A DNA stretch of 62,983 bases, counting the filler, from Craspedostauros australis (taxonomy: Eukaryota): the NCBI GenBank assembly GCA_030167865.1. It is 18 parts of 18 records of this genome, joined end to end, with 100 filler letters (N's around TTAATTAATTAA, not from the genome) between each part and the next. Parts side by side here need not be neighbours in the genome. Positions count along the whole stretch, not along the records: positions 19,974 to 28,298 come from JALAGF010000644.1; positions 28,399 to 53,338 come from JALAGF010000645.1; 16 more parts are not named here. The stretch is one strand, 5' to 3'. The position numbers and the translations under genes were made by a program. This document shows, piece after piece, positions 22,910 to 33,096 of the stretch. The notes below the pieces were generated by a model. That model was given only the letters and a program-made list of their open reading frames with translations. It did not search any database and was not told the origin of the DNA. Every line of letters begins with the position of its first letter. Position 1 is the stretch's first letter.

Positions 22910-25900
22910 GGGTACCCTCAGGACAAACCAAGGGTGGTGAACCAAGACCGGAATCCACCCAACTGGTTAGAGGGAGGACGAATGGGGTAGAAACCCCACT
23001 AAGCGAAGGGAGGCAGCAATCAAAGGAAGAAGGCCAACAAGAAATTCAGACAAGGGAGGACGAACGGGAAGGCACGGAGCCGAGTAGGGAGACCTTGCAC
23101 ACCGAGGAACGAACGGAGACCGGCGTACGTGAGAACCAACGACCGTTACAGAGGGTTAAGATACCTAACAGCCAAAAAAATAAAAAGAGAGCGACAACGT
23201 TTCAGCCCGCCCAAAAAGGCCACGACAGGCGAACAAACGGGACAAGACAAGAGACACGCGAAACAGACGACAGCAACACTCAGGCCCCAACGGAAAAGGA
23301 CCCAACATCAACAAACACAACACAGACCATGCCCGAAGACGGTATTTTTGGCAACACAATGAGGCAACCGCGAGCAGGTACAATCAGGCTCGCGTTCCAA
23401 AACATTGGGAGGTTACCAGTGGAACCATGGAAACGCAAGAACGGCCAAATTGGAGAAGAAGTAAAACGAAGACACATTCACGTGCTCATGATGGCGGAAA
23501 TTGGACTCAACTGGAAGTCGATGAAGACCGGGGATTCATGGTCCAGAAGAGCAGTGAAATGGGGCGGGCACACCAAGGCTAGCGCGGCCTACAACCGCAA
23601 CAGCCCACATGCAAACAAAGTGCAGTTCGGAGGCACAGGAATTGCAACGTCAAAATATCTCGCCAAGCGAGTGGTCGACGAAGGGGAGGACCCGGACAAC
23701 CTGGGACGATGGGTGTGGCAGAGGATAGAAGGGCGCAAGGGCAAGCACATACGAGTGGTGGCAGCCTATCGAGCATGCACATCAAGCCGACCAACTTCCA
23801 CTTGGGCCCAGCAGCGTACCTATCTCCTTGGGCGAGGGGACACAAGGGAACCCAGGGAGGCAATGCTGCTCGACCTCGCGCAGAGTATACGGGAGTGGAA
23901 GCAGGACGGCGATAGTGTGGTAGTCGGCATAGACGCAAACCAAGATGTCAACGAAGGCAGATGCGCCGAAGTGTTCAGCGAGCTGGGCATGCGTGAGGCA
24001 ATCACGGATATGCACCCCAACCTCCAAAGACAAGCAACCCAGCACCGCAACAGGAACCATGTCCCGATCGACGGCATTTACGTGACGAGCGACGTCGAAC
24101 TTATGGAGGCCGGCTACTTGGGCTTTGGAGAAGCTATTGACTCCGACCACAGGATGCTGTGGGCCGACATCAAAGAGGCAAGCACCATCGGCATCTTGAA
24201 CCCGCTGGTGGGAGTGGAGCCACGACGTCTACGAATGGTGGACCAAACGGCGGTGGGCAAGTACCAGGAAGCGCTGTGGTGCAAGGCGCAACAAAGAGGG
24301 TACCACTGGAGAATTGAGGAGCTCGAGAAGGCCGTCCGTACCCAGGGTAGGGTCACCACAGAGCTGGCCAAGGAGTACAACGCCATTGATGCGGGGATGG
24401 ACCAGCTCCGAGTAGAAGCAGAGGCGGAATGCAGGAAGCTGAGAATGGGGGCACTAGAATGGTCACCGACACTGAAGCGGCTCAGAGACGAGGTCAGGCT
24501 TTGGACATCGGTATGGAAAAAACAGAACAACATTCACATCAGCTCGTCCCTCATAAAGCGGCTGGCCAAACGACTGCGGATCCACAGGCCACGCCAGCTA
24601 TGCCCGGAGCAAGTAAGAGAGAAGATGGATGCCGCCAGGCAGGCCTATGCAGCCGCAAAACCAACCGCATCTCAAATGCGGGACGATTTCATGCTACACA
24701 AAGGAGTGGAAGAATCAGCAAGGTGGGGTACGGCACTGGAGAACACGGCGAGCCATATTCGCAGAATGAGGGAACGCCAGATTCGAGACAACCGGCGTCT
24801 CAAGGCGTGCCTCAAGCCCAAGCAAACGCTAGCCACAAAGGTCACAGTTACTGGGGACGACGGGGAGTTGACAGTGTGCGATACGAAGCACGCCATCGAA
24901 AAGGCGTGCATTGTGGAGAACAAGAAACGCTTCCTCCAAACATCGTGTACCCCATTCATGACCGGCGAACTGCGGCGTCGCTTTGGTTTCCTCGCGGACA
25001 CCGCAGACGCCAACCAAGTATGCGAAGGGAAGTGGAAGCCCACGCAACTGACGGACGAGTACCCACGTATGCTGCTGACGCAAGTAGGATCGACCCCTTC
25101 AGCGACGCCCAACACCTCGTTTACAGTGCAAGACCACGTTGATGGATGGGCAAAACAGAAGGAACGAACATCGTCCGAACCGTCGGCCCCCCACTTTGGT
25201 CACTTCAAGGCGGCGGCTCAGCACGAAGGGCTTGCGGCGATCGACTGTCGGCTGCGAAGGATTCCGTATGAGACGGGGTTCTCCCCCACATCGTGGAAGG
25301 TGATGACCGACTTCCAGATCCTCAAGAAAGCTGGAGTGTTCGATGTCGCGAAGATGCGAACCATCCAGCTGTTCCACCCCGCCTTCAACATGAATAACAA
25401 GAAACTGGGAAGAGATCTGATGCAGACAGCTGAAAGCAACGGCCGAATGGCAACAGAACAGTTTGGGAGCCGTAAAGGCCACAAGGCGTCAACAGCCGCT
25501 CTGTGTAAGAGAGTGGTGGTCGACGTCATGAGGCAAAAGCGGCAGAATGGGGCCATATGCTCCAACGACGCAAAGTCATGCTATGACAGGGTGGTTCACA
25601 GTGTGGCATCGATGGCCATGGTGCATGCAGGCGGAAGGCGATCGGCAGTGAAGTCCATGTTTGGCACTCTGCAACAGGCAGAACATCACATACGCACAGC
25701 ATACGGGGTGTCCTCCAGGACCTACGGAAACACGGGATGGGTGCCAATGCAGGGCTTAGCCCAGGGCAACGGCTGTGGGCCAGCGGCTTGGGCCGCCATC
25801 AGTTCACCTATGTTCGAGGCCATGCGCGCCCAGCGTCATGGGGCGAACTTCGTTTCGGTTCTCAGCAACAAGAAAGTGAACTTGGTGGGTCTTAGCTTCG

Positions 25901-28298
25901 TTGACGACGCAGACCTGGTGGTATCAAGACCGGGTGAGTCCTTCGAAACGGTGACGCAAAGAACACAAAAGGCACTGGAGGATTGGGAAGGGGTACTACG
26001 GTCTACGGGAGGGGCCTTAGTTCCGGCCAAAAGCTTCTGGTGGGGCTTGTCATTTGACTACGTAGCCGGGCAATGGAGGATGAAGACAGCAAGGGCAGCG
26101 CCGGCACAAGTGCAGGTACGCGACGCACACGGTGTCAGCAGGGAGCTGAGGCGACTCGATCCCGGCGAGTCTGAACAAACCTTGGGAGTGTTTATGAACA
26201 TGACAGGCACGTCGGAGGCCCAAGTCCGTTACCTACGGCGGAAGTCCGAGGAATTCGCAGACAGGGTGGTCTCGGGTGGGCTGCAGCATGACCTCGTATG
26301 GATGGCGATCACCACGCGGATAACCAAGACACTGGAATACCCTATGGAGGCTGTGACGCTCAATCAACGTCAGTGGGACTTCGTGTACGCACCAATATGG
26401 TCCAAAGCCCTGCCGCGCGGTGGTGTGGCCCGAACATTTCCGCGTGCGGTACTGTTTGGGCCCAGGGCGAATGGGGGTATTGGCATGCGAAATCCCATGG
26501 TGTGGCAGCTGGCTACTCAGATCCAAGCCATGGCACATGAGGTCAGCACAAGGTCGATAACGGGAAGAATGATTGAGCTATCGATAGAGCAAGCAAAGAT
26601 GGAAACCGCAGGCGGGGGATCTCTGTTCAAGCAAAGTTTTGCCGCCTGCGGTCACTACGTCACAGCGTCGTGGGTGACGCAAGTGTGGGCGAACGCACAG
26701 AAGTTTGGCGTGTCGATTGAAGAGACGGGGCCATCTGTCCGGAAGCAGCGAGTGGGAGACGTATTTCTCTTGGACAGTTGGCGCTGCCAGGGGTACAACA
26801 ACAAGCAAAAAGGGATGCTGAACGAGTGTCGTTTGTTACTAAAAGTCAGGACACTTTCGGATATGGTGACGGCGGATGGCACCAGAGTCATGAGGATCGC
26901 GTTCCTGGGTAAGAACGGAGGAGTCACAGCGTCAGCAGGACACCCACGCATGCCAGGGAGGCTAACGCGGCGACACTGGCTATTGTGGCAAGAGTGGATA
27001 GAAGGCTTCACGGAGGACCGCCACCTGAGGCTCCGGCGGCGTATGCAAGCTTGGATCCACGATGACCACGGCTGGGTGTGGTGGCGGGATCCTGACGACG
27101 AGTACACGGCATGGCGACGGGTGGGTCAGAGTTTCCAAGTATGGCGAAGTCCCCCGGGCAGGCGGGGGCGACGATCGGAGTTTGAGGCTACGGCCACGGC
27201 GATACGGAATCTTCCGGCAAGGGCTCGGCGCACCTCTCCACTGAACGAGGGTCATCGTGCGGTGTGGCTCGAGGCATTGGAGCGGCCACGTGTGGGTGAA
27301 ACGTTGCCCTCAACGCCCAGGAGGGTAGCGTTCGATTCAGGGCGGTGTTGGGAGCGTGGCCATATATCAGGCGACGCAACGGACTCGGAATTGCGCGCAG
27401 CGGTGCGAAGAGGCGATGTGTTGGCCGTCAGTGATGGGTCGTTCAAAATGGGCTTTGGTACGTCAGCGTACGTCCTGAGCGTGTTGGACTCCGGCGTGCA
27501 GAGCACAGGGTGCAACGTGGTTCCAGGGGGGTCAGCAGTGCAGTCGGCATACCGCAGTGAGTTGGCCGGTGTGGCTGGGATACTACGAGAACTGCTGGAA
27601 CTAGAGAAGGGCGGGAGTCTGGGGCAGGGCCCGGTGGTCGTTGGTCTCGACGGGATGAAGGCCATGGAGAACTGTCGTGACGGGGTGGCGCAGGTAAACC
27701 AGCCGTCCTATGACATGCTCGGTCACATCAAGGCTATGCGTGAGCGGTTGTCAGTGGAGGTAAGGTTCCGCTGGGTCCGGGGGCACCAAGATGATGGACC
27801 AGGGCGGTTGGACCGGTGGGCGCTCCTCAACGTCTACTGCGACGGAGAGGCCAAGAGATACTGGGAGGCTTCGGTGGGCAAGCCGAAGCCTGTGTGGCGT
27901 GGTGAAGGGTCCTTTCAATGGAGTCTGAGGATACAGGACACCAAGTCTTCGTGGGCAGCGTCGGGCATCCATGACGACATCGTGGGTGCTACGGTAGAAG
28001 GTTATTGGGGCAGGAAGCTAGGAGTGGTCAGGCAAGCCCGCGGGTCCACGGCCTGTCTAGGGCGCCGCAAGGCGCAAGGCAAGGCGTCTTGGCGACAACG
28101 CGTCTTTGTGTCCAAGATGGCCACCGGGTTCATCGGGGTGGGAGCAAAACTCAAACAGTACGGGGTCGAGGAGCAATGTCCATGGTGTGGGCAATCCGAG
28201 ACGGCGGTGCACGTGGTTCAGTGTGCGGAGTCAGGACAGGCGTGGGAGGCCTGCTTCCAGCAGTACGTGGAGGAGTTGGAGCTCATCGGAACGAGCGG
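22906..28298 (+). CDS. LINE ORF2: AP endonuclease, reverse transcriptase, RNase H, CCHC zinc knuckle (3' end cut)
   Basis: APE: FQNIG, MAEIGLNW, GIDANQD, PIDGIY, SDHR. RT: RTIQL, EQFGSR, NDAKSCYDRV, QGNGCGP, FVDDADL. RNase H: VSDGS, YRSEL, GLDG, WVRGHQD, NVYCD. Knuckle: CPWC-x7-H-x3-C. Confidence 0.95.
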
Positions 28299-28398
28299 NN
28301 NNNNNNNNNNNNNNNNNNNNNNNNNNNNNNNNNNNNNNNNNNTTAATTAATTAANNNNNNNNNNNNNNNNNNNNNNNNNNNNNNNNNNNNNNNNNNNN

Positions 28399-29050
28399 GA
28401 CTACTCGGGCGGCTATCCAAGGGTTGGTCATGATGCTACCCATGATGTTCCCTTCTTCCCAGAATACTGGTGGGAACATATCGGCTTTCGTGGCCAGGAG
28501 TCGAGCCTCCATCTGTTGCACCTTCTGGTTCGTGGCTGCGTCCCAATGGCAGGCTTTCCCTTTCTTGAATACCTCGGTCCATTCCTCCATTGTCTCTAGA
28601 TCTCCTCTTTCGCATTCGAGGTAGTTGCGGACCACCTTCCATGCTGTGTTGATAGAGTCTCCTGCTCCCACGCACTCCGGGTACGGCTTGGCGTTGCTCA
28701 TCTCCATCTTCCTCTTGACTTCCTTCTCTTCCGCTTCCGTCCACGTTGCCTGCTTTTTGGCGATACCGTCGTTGGGTGTGCCCGAGATTTCAACTCCTCC
28801 GAAATTCACTTGTTTCTTCCGCTGTTTGTTGCGGGAGGGGTCACCATCGTCGTTCTTTGTCACTGGCGTCATGCTGGTCTTGTAAACGCTCTGCTTCTTT
28901 TTAAATTTTATGTGTTTTGTCATTGTTGCAACGTACGTTCACGAGTTCCGAAACCGTTGGCGATAACCGTAGTTTCAGTACTGACTCTTACGTGAATTCG
29001 AACCTACTGGGTCTACGTACGCCTTTTTAATTCAGCGATTCCAGAAGAGT
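28399..29050 (-). mobile_element. 5' end of LINE insertion A (127-nt leader plus start of ORF1)
   Basis: 28399-28970 is the reverse complement of 19974-20545, and the copy extends 80 nt further 5'. It shares 652 nt with 53439-54090. Confidence 0.95.
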
Positions 29051-29098
29051 GGATCCATCCATTATAACAGATCAATTCACGCGCGCTTCGACTGAGCC

Positions 29099-30430
29099 AT
29101 GACATCAAGTGCAACCGTCACTGACCAAATCAAGGACGCTCGCGCACTGTGGCTTTCGGAAGATGCGGATATCGCCGAGGTGGAGAGACTGTACCGATCG
29201 GCGTTGCATCTGCCGCAAGAGGACGCGGAATCGACGCAAGATACGCAGCCCTTGGACGACAACCATGCCAATCATGATGCTGTTGCCGCTGCTGATGGCA
29301 ACGGGCCGCAACAAGGATCCGAGCAAAAGAGGATGGACGAGTCTGCCAACGAAGCGAACGATGACGAGCCGATCCGGAAGGCCAAAGAGCAACTGTCGCT
29401 GATTCTCTGCCAGTCGGCAAGAGCAGACAAAGCCAACGCCTTGCTGTCGCAGATGAGCTACGAATGTCGTCTTGCGTCGGTTGTTTTGGACTACCCCATG
29501 CCCGCAACAGCGACAGCGACATTGGCATTGAATCAGAGCCATCTCAATCATAACGATGATGATGCCGATGATGTTTGTTGCCCATGCCGCGTCTACGATG
29601 ATTTCCTGACAGCGCAAGAACTTCAGATCCTCAAGAATGTATTTGAGAGCCCATCCTGCGATTACTGGACGGAACACGCATACGCCGTCGAACCGCCGTC
29701 GCCGTATTTCTCGTACCTGATTCCGTTCCAACCCGGAAATACACGCAGTATTCTCGAGAGGCTAATTCAAAAGATCTATCAGCAGCTGCTGCCTCACTTC
29801 CCCAACCTCGCCAAGGCAACATGCGTCGAGATGTGGGCACACAATCGACCGCACGCATCTGGGCATCAATTGCATTTTGACAGCGACAATGAGGGTATTG
29901 GGGGGATACGGAACCCCATCATCTCAACGATACTGTACATCACGGGCAACTGCGGCGGGCCTTCATTGGTGACGGATCAGAAGCTGATCCACAAACGGTT
30001 GGCACAGAAGGGATGGATGAGTCACGCGAAGGAGCGTCGGCTGGTTGCCTTCGATGGGAAGGTGCTGCATGGTGTGATTCCTGGGAAGGGATCATCACCA
30101 TCATTGTCGTCGCCACCATCATCACCATTGTCGAGCTCTCCATCTTCTTCTTCCTCCTCAGGCAAGCGCCGGGTGACGTTGATGCTTGCATTTTGGAAGA
30201 AGATCGAAGTGCGGGAAGGAGATGGGCCTGGAGCTGCAAGGATGTTCCCAACCGACTCGTCGTGGGCAAAGCAATTGCGTCAGGACGCCACACAAATCCA
30301 GGACAGTGGCAGCATCCCGAGGCGTACGAGGCCGTTGTCCGTTGCGCCGATCTACGAGACCTTGGATGGGCAGCCTTGGACTCGACAGATGGGCATGCCG
30401 CAGTACGATCAAGTCTTTCAGGGGTTTTAG
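29099..30430 (+). CDS. Putative 2OG-Fe(II) oxygenase-superfamily protein, 443 aa
   Basis: HxD motif (HQLHFDSD), STILY, distal His (LHGVIPG) and KRRVTLMLAFW match the double-stranded beta-helix dioxygenase pattern. Single exon. Confidence 0.7.
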   Translation: MTSSATVTDQIKDARALWLSEDADIAEVERLYRSALHLPQEDAESTQDTQPLDDNHANHDAVAAADGNGPQQGSEQKRMDESANEANDDEPIRKAKEQLSLILCQSARADKANALLSQMSYECRLASVVLDYPMPATATATLALNQSHLNHNDDDADDVCCPCRVYDDFLTAQELQILKNVFESPSCDYWTEHAYAVEPPSPYFSYLIPFQPGNTRSILERLIQKIYQQLLPHFPNLAKATCVEMWAHNRPHASGHQLHFDSDNEGIGGIRNPIISTILYITGNCGGPSLVTDQKLIHKRLAQKGWMSHAKERRLVAFDGKVLHGVIPGKGSSPSLSSPPSSPLSSSPSSSSSSGKRRVTLMLAFWKKIEVREGDGPGAARMFPTDSSWAKQLRQDATQIQDSGSIPRRTRPLSVAPIYETLDGQPWTRQMGMPQYDQVFQGF

Positions 30431-31408
30431 GGCAGCTCATACGAGTGTGTTGGAGATTGAGGAGCACGGAGCAGAGTAGTCCTCTCTCCTTCTCGCCCTC
30501 CACACACACATGTAGCGCGTGCGTGTGCGTGCGATGATGCAATAAACACTGGCAACCACCTTTATCTACTGTTATGGCCCCTGTCGATTTCGAGATGTTG
30601 CTACTAGAGCACACTTGAAATGTCAATGTCCGCAAGTTGCTAGATGTTGAAGCATCGTGGCGTAGCACCTGCTGTTGATTTGTGAATTCACGAAAACAAA
30701 CTGGAACATTTATTATGATGTGGAATACAAGCACTCGTCGTATGGGACGCTCCTGTATTGCATGGCTGATAGAGGTTGTAGGCGGAGAAAGATGGCATTG
30801 ATACGAGTAGCTCGTTCGAGAGATGATAGTTCAGGGCGAAGCGACATCGTGGCTTCGTTCGAGAGTGCCGCCCATCCTTGTCTTGGCCGCCGGCTAGGGC
30901 GCCTTGAGCTTGGCGTTGTCGCCCCCGGAGTCAGCTTCATTGGGTCACGCGGAAACATGTCATCGGGGAGTTGGTGCTTCTCTGATGGACATGAGGCAAC
31001 TGCACCAGTGCAGTATCGCAAGCGCATTCAGAATGATACCTGCACTGCGGAATTGCTTTCGCAGCTGCCGCATTGGGTAATGCTGATGCTGATACTATGC
31101 TGAGACTGATGCTGTTGTCCTCGCGTGATGCAAATGGAACTGTTCCGTGGTGGCTTCTCAGGTGAAATGTGAGGATACGTACTGTTGGACACTCATACCA
31201 TCATCACAACGTCGAGTATCGTCGAGTACCGCGATCTCTACAGCTCTTTCCACTTCTACGTCCACTTCTACTTCCAACCCATACCGTTCCACACTTACAT
31301 ACGAGCACGGGTGGAGGTGTATGGGCAGCTCGAACCGACATGTAGTTGCAGATGGGCGATCCCGGAGTAGTCGCTCGAGAAACTCTGGGATGCAGAGGAG
31401 CGGGTGTC

Positions 31409-32167
31409 TTAGTTGATCTCGAAGATGCGCTGGTCTTCCGGGGTGTCATCGCTCATGAGGTTCCGCACGACGCCGACGACAGAGTCGATGGACTTGCCGG
31501 CGATGGCGGCCACGAGGCGGTCGTGGTGGACCTCGACACCAGAGATGGACTCCAGGCCTTCCTCGACCTTGGCGACCTCATCCTCGTCGATCATATCGTC
31601 CATGTTCTCGTCACCGCGGTAGATCATGGTGATGAAGTTCTGAATGACGCGTCCCTTGGTGTTCTTTCTCATCTTGACGAGGATCTTCTTGTTCTCCTCC
31701 GTCTGCTCCTCCAGGACGGCGACGTTCTGGTTCTCCGTGGCGGTGATGACCTCGAGGGTGTTCTCCACTCCCTGGAGACCGTCGATGGTGTCTCCGAGCT
31801 CGCCCACGGCACCCTCCAGGCGCTGGTTGGACTCCTTGAGGCGGTTGACCTCGCCTCCGATGAATTCCGTCGTTTCTTTCAGCGCGGCGAGGTCCGTCAG
31901 CTGCGTCTGCTGGAGGTAGGCGTAGGGACCCACCAGTACCGTCATGACTCCCGCCAATATGACTATGATCGACCGCTCCATGACGACCGCGACGATGGAA
32001 ACCGTCACAGCGACGAAGGCCATGAAGCCTGCGATGGCTTCGATGGGGGTCACATCGGCGATGGGCTTCAGCGGTCCCATCTCCTCCGGCTCTGGTGGCA
32101 GCTCCACGCCGGCCTTGTCAAGGACCTGGTCATCGGTTGCTGCTTCGACGTCGAATGGTTCCGCCAT
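31409..32167 (-). CDS. Hypothetical membrane protein: two TM helices, coiled coil, EF-hand-like loop
   Basis: Hydrophobic segments AIAGFMAFVAVTVSIVAVV and IIVILAGVMTVLVGPYAY, a heptad region and DENMDDMIDEDE; strong codon bias. Confidence 0.75.
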   Translation of the reverse strand: MAEPFDVEAATDDQVLDKAGVELPPEPEEMGPLKPIADVTPIEAIAGFMAFVAVTVSIVAVVMERSIIVILAGVMTVLVGPYAYLQQTQLTDLAALKETTEFIGGEVNRLKESNQRLEGAVGELGDTIDGLQGVENTLEVITATENQNVAVLEEQTEENKKILVKMRKNTKGRVIQNFITMIYRGDENMDDMIDEDEVAKVEEGLESISGVEVHHDRLVAAIAGKSIDSVVGVVRNLMSDDTPEDQRIFEIN

Positions 32168-32380
32168 GATTGCACGCCTTGTGTTGTTGTTGTGTTGCGT
32201 CACGAGAGCTGAGGAGAGGACTGTGTTCGACTACTCTATTATAGAATATGCAGTTGTGATGCAGTGCCTACGATCTATGGTGCTGAATGCGCTGCAGGTG
32301 TGATGGACGTGTGTGCAAACGGGTTTGTTGTGGTGGCGGATGCGGTTGCCCAACCAAAGTCTTGTTTTGCGTGTGTTGTG

Positions 32381-32434
32381 TGTGGTTGCTGTGGTTGCTG
32401 TGGCTGGTGTGGCTGGTGTGGCTGGTGTGGCTGC
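32381..32434. repeat. 9-nt tandem repeat (TGTGGYTGS) x6
   Basis: Directly visible. Confidence 0.85.
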
Positions 32435-33096
32435 CCGTGCATGGTGGGTGTTGGTTGGAGGCGGTTCTCCTCCTTTTCTCTCTTTTCGCCGTGTTGGCAT
32501 CGCGCGTGACACCAATCCACGCGAAAATCGGAACAGATCGTCCTCGTTGCCATCTCCGCGATACCCCTCGCCGTACAATACACGGGCACGGACAGACACA
32601 ACGCCAAAAATCTGGTTGGGGAGTTTCTCATGTTTTTCTTGGGTGTTCCCGTTTCCCAACGTTCAGTTGTCGTGGAAGCGTCATGGGCGTGTCGCATTGC
32701 GACACAATCCGAAGCAATGGAAAAATGGAGAAACAAGTCATCGTTCTTCTTTGTGTGTCTGTCATTCATGCGTGCGGCGCAGTCCAACCACCTTCCGTTT
32801 GACACAAATGACTGCATGAGAATCGCAAGGATTCGATGGATGCGAAGATCCGCGGAGAGATGGCGACGGCGAAGCCGCGGGTGGTTGGTGTTTGGAAACA
32901 CGACTTCGCCTCTGCTGCTCCAACCGAGACCGACAGGTGGAACGGCGGAAGCAACAACTCTCGTGCTCTTGTTGGTGCAAGCAGGCAGAGGCGGATGAGA
33001 ACAGGAAACCACACTCGCAGCCACACAGACACATTCACAATCCTAATCACAGACCTGATTCGGACACACCATCAACACCCGAAGAAGACATCCATC

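Larger units (their letters stand above)
19974..28298 (+). mobile_element. Non-LTR retrotransposon (LINE), Ambal-like, near full length; probably a collapsed multi-copy contig
   Basis: Two long intact ORFs overlapping at ATGA fill the whole contig. Its 5' part recurs at 28399-29050 and 53439-54090. Confidence 0.93.

Noticed and set aside
28985..29045. tRNA gene or SINE suggested by GGTTCGAAT on the minus strand
   Set aside because: No T-stem or cloverleaf can be formed, no clear A box is present, and the second copy reads GGTTTGAAT.
19974..29050. LINE apparently flanked by a long terminal inverted repeat (DIRS-like or foldback structure)
   Set aside because: The inverted copy lies across a linker on another contig, and an equivalent end at 53439 breaks at the same base. 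This is repeat collapse in the assembly.
31346..32212. Long antisense ORFs (also 36192-37283, 44666-45556, 7748-8395, 57307-58113)
   Set aside because: These are shadow frames opposite codon-biased real genes and have no motifs of their own.
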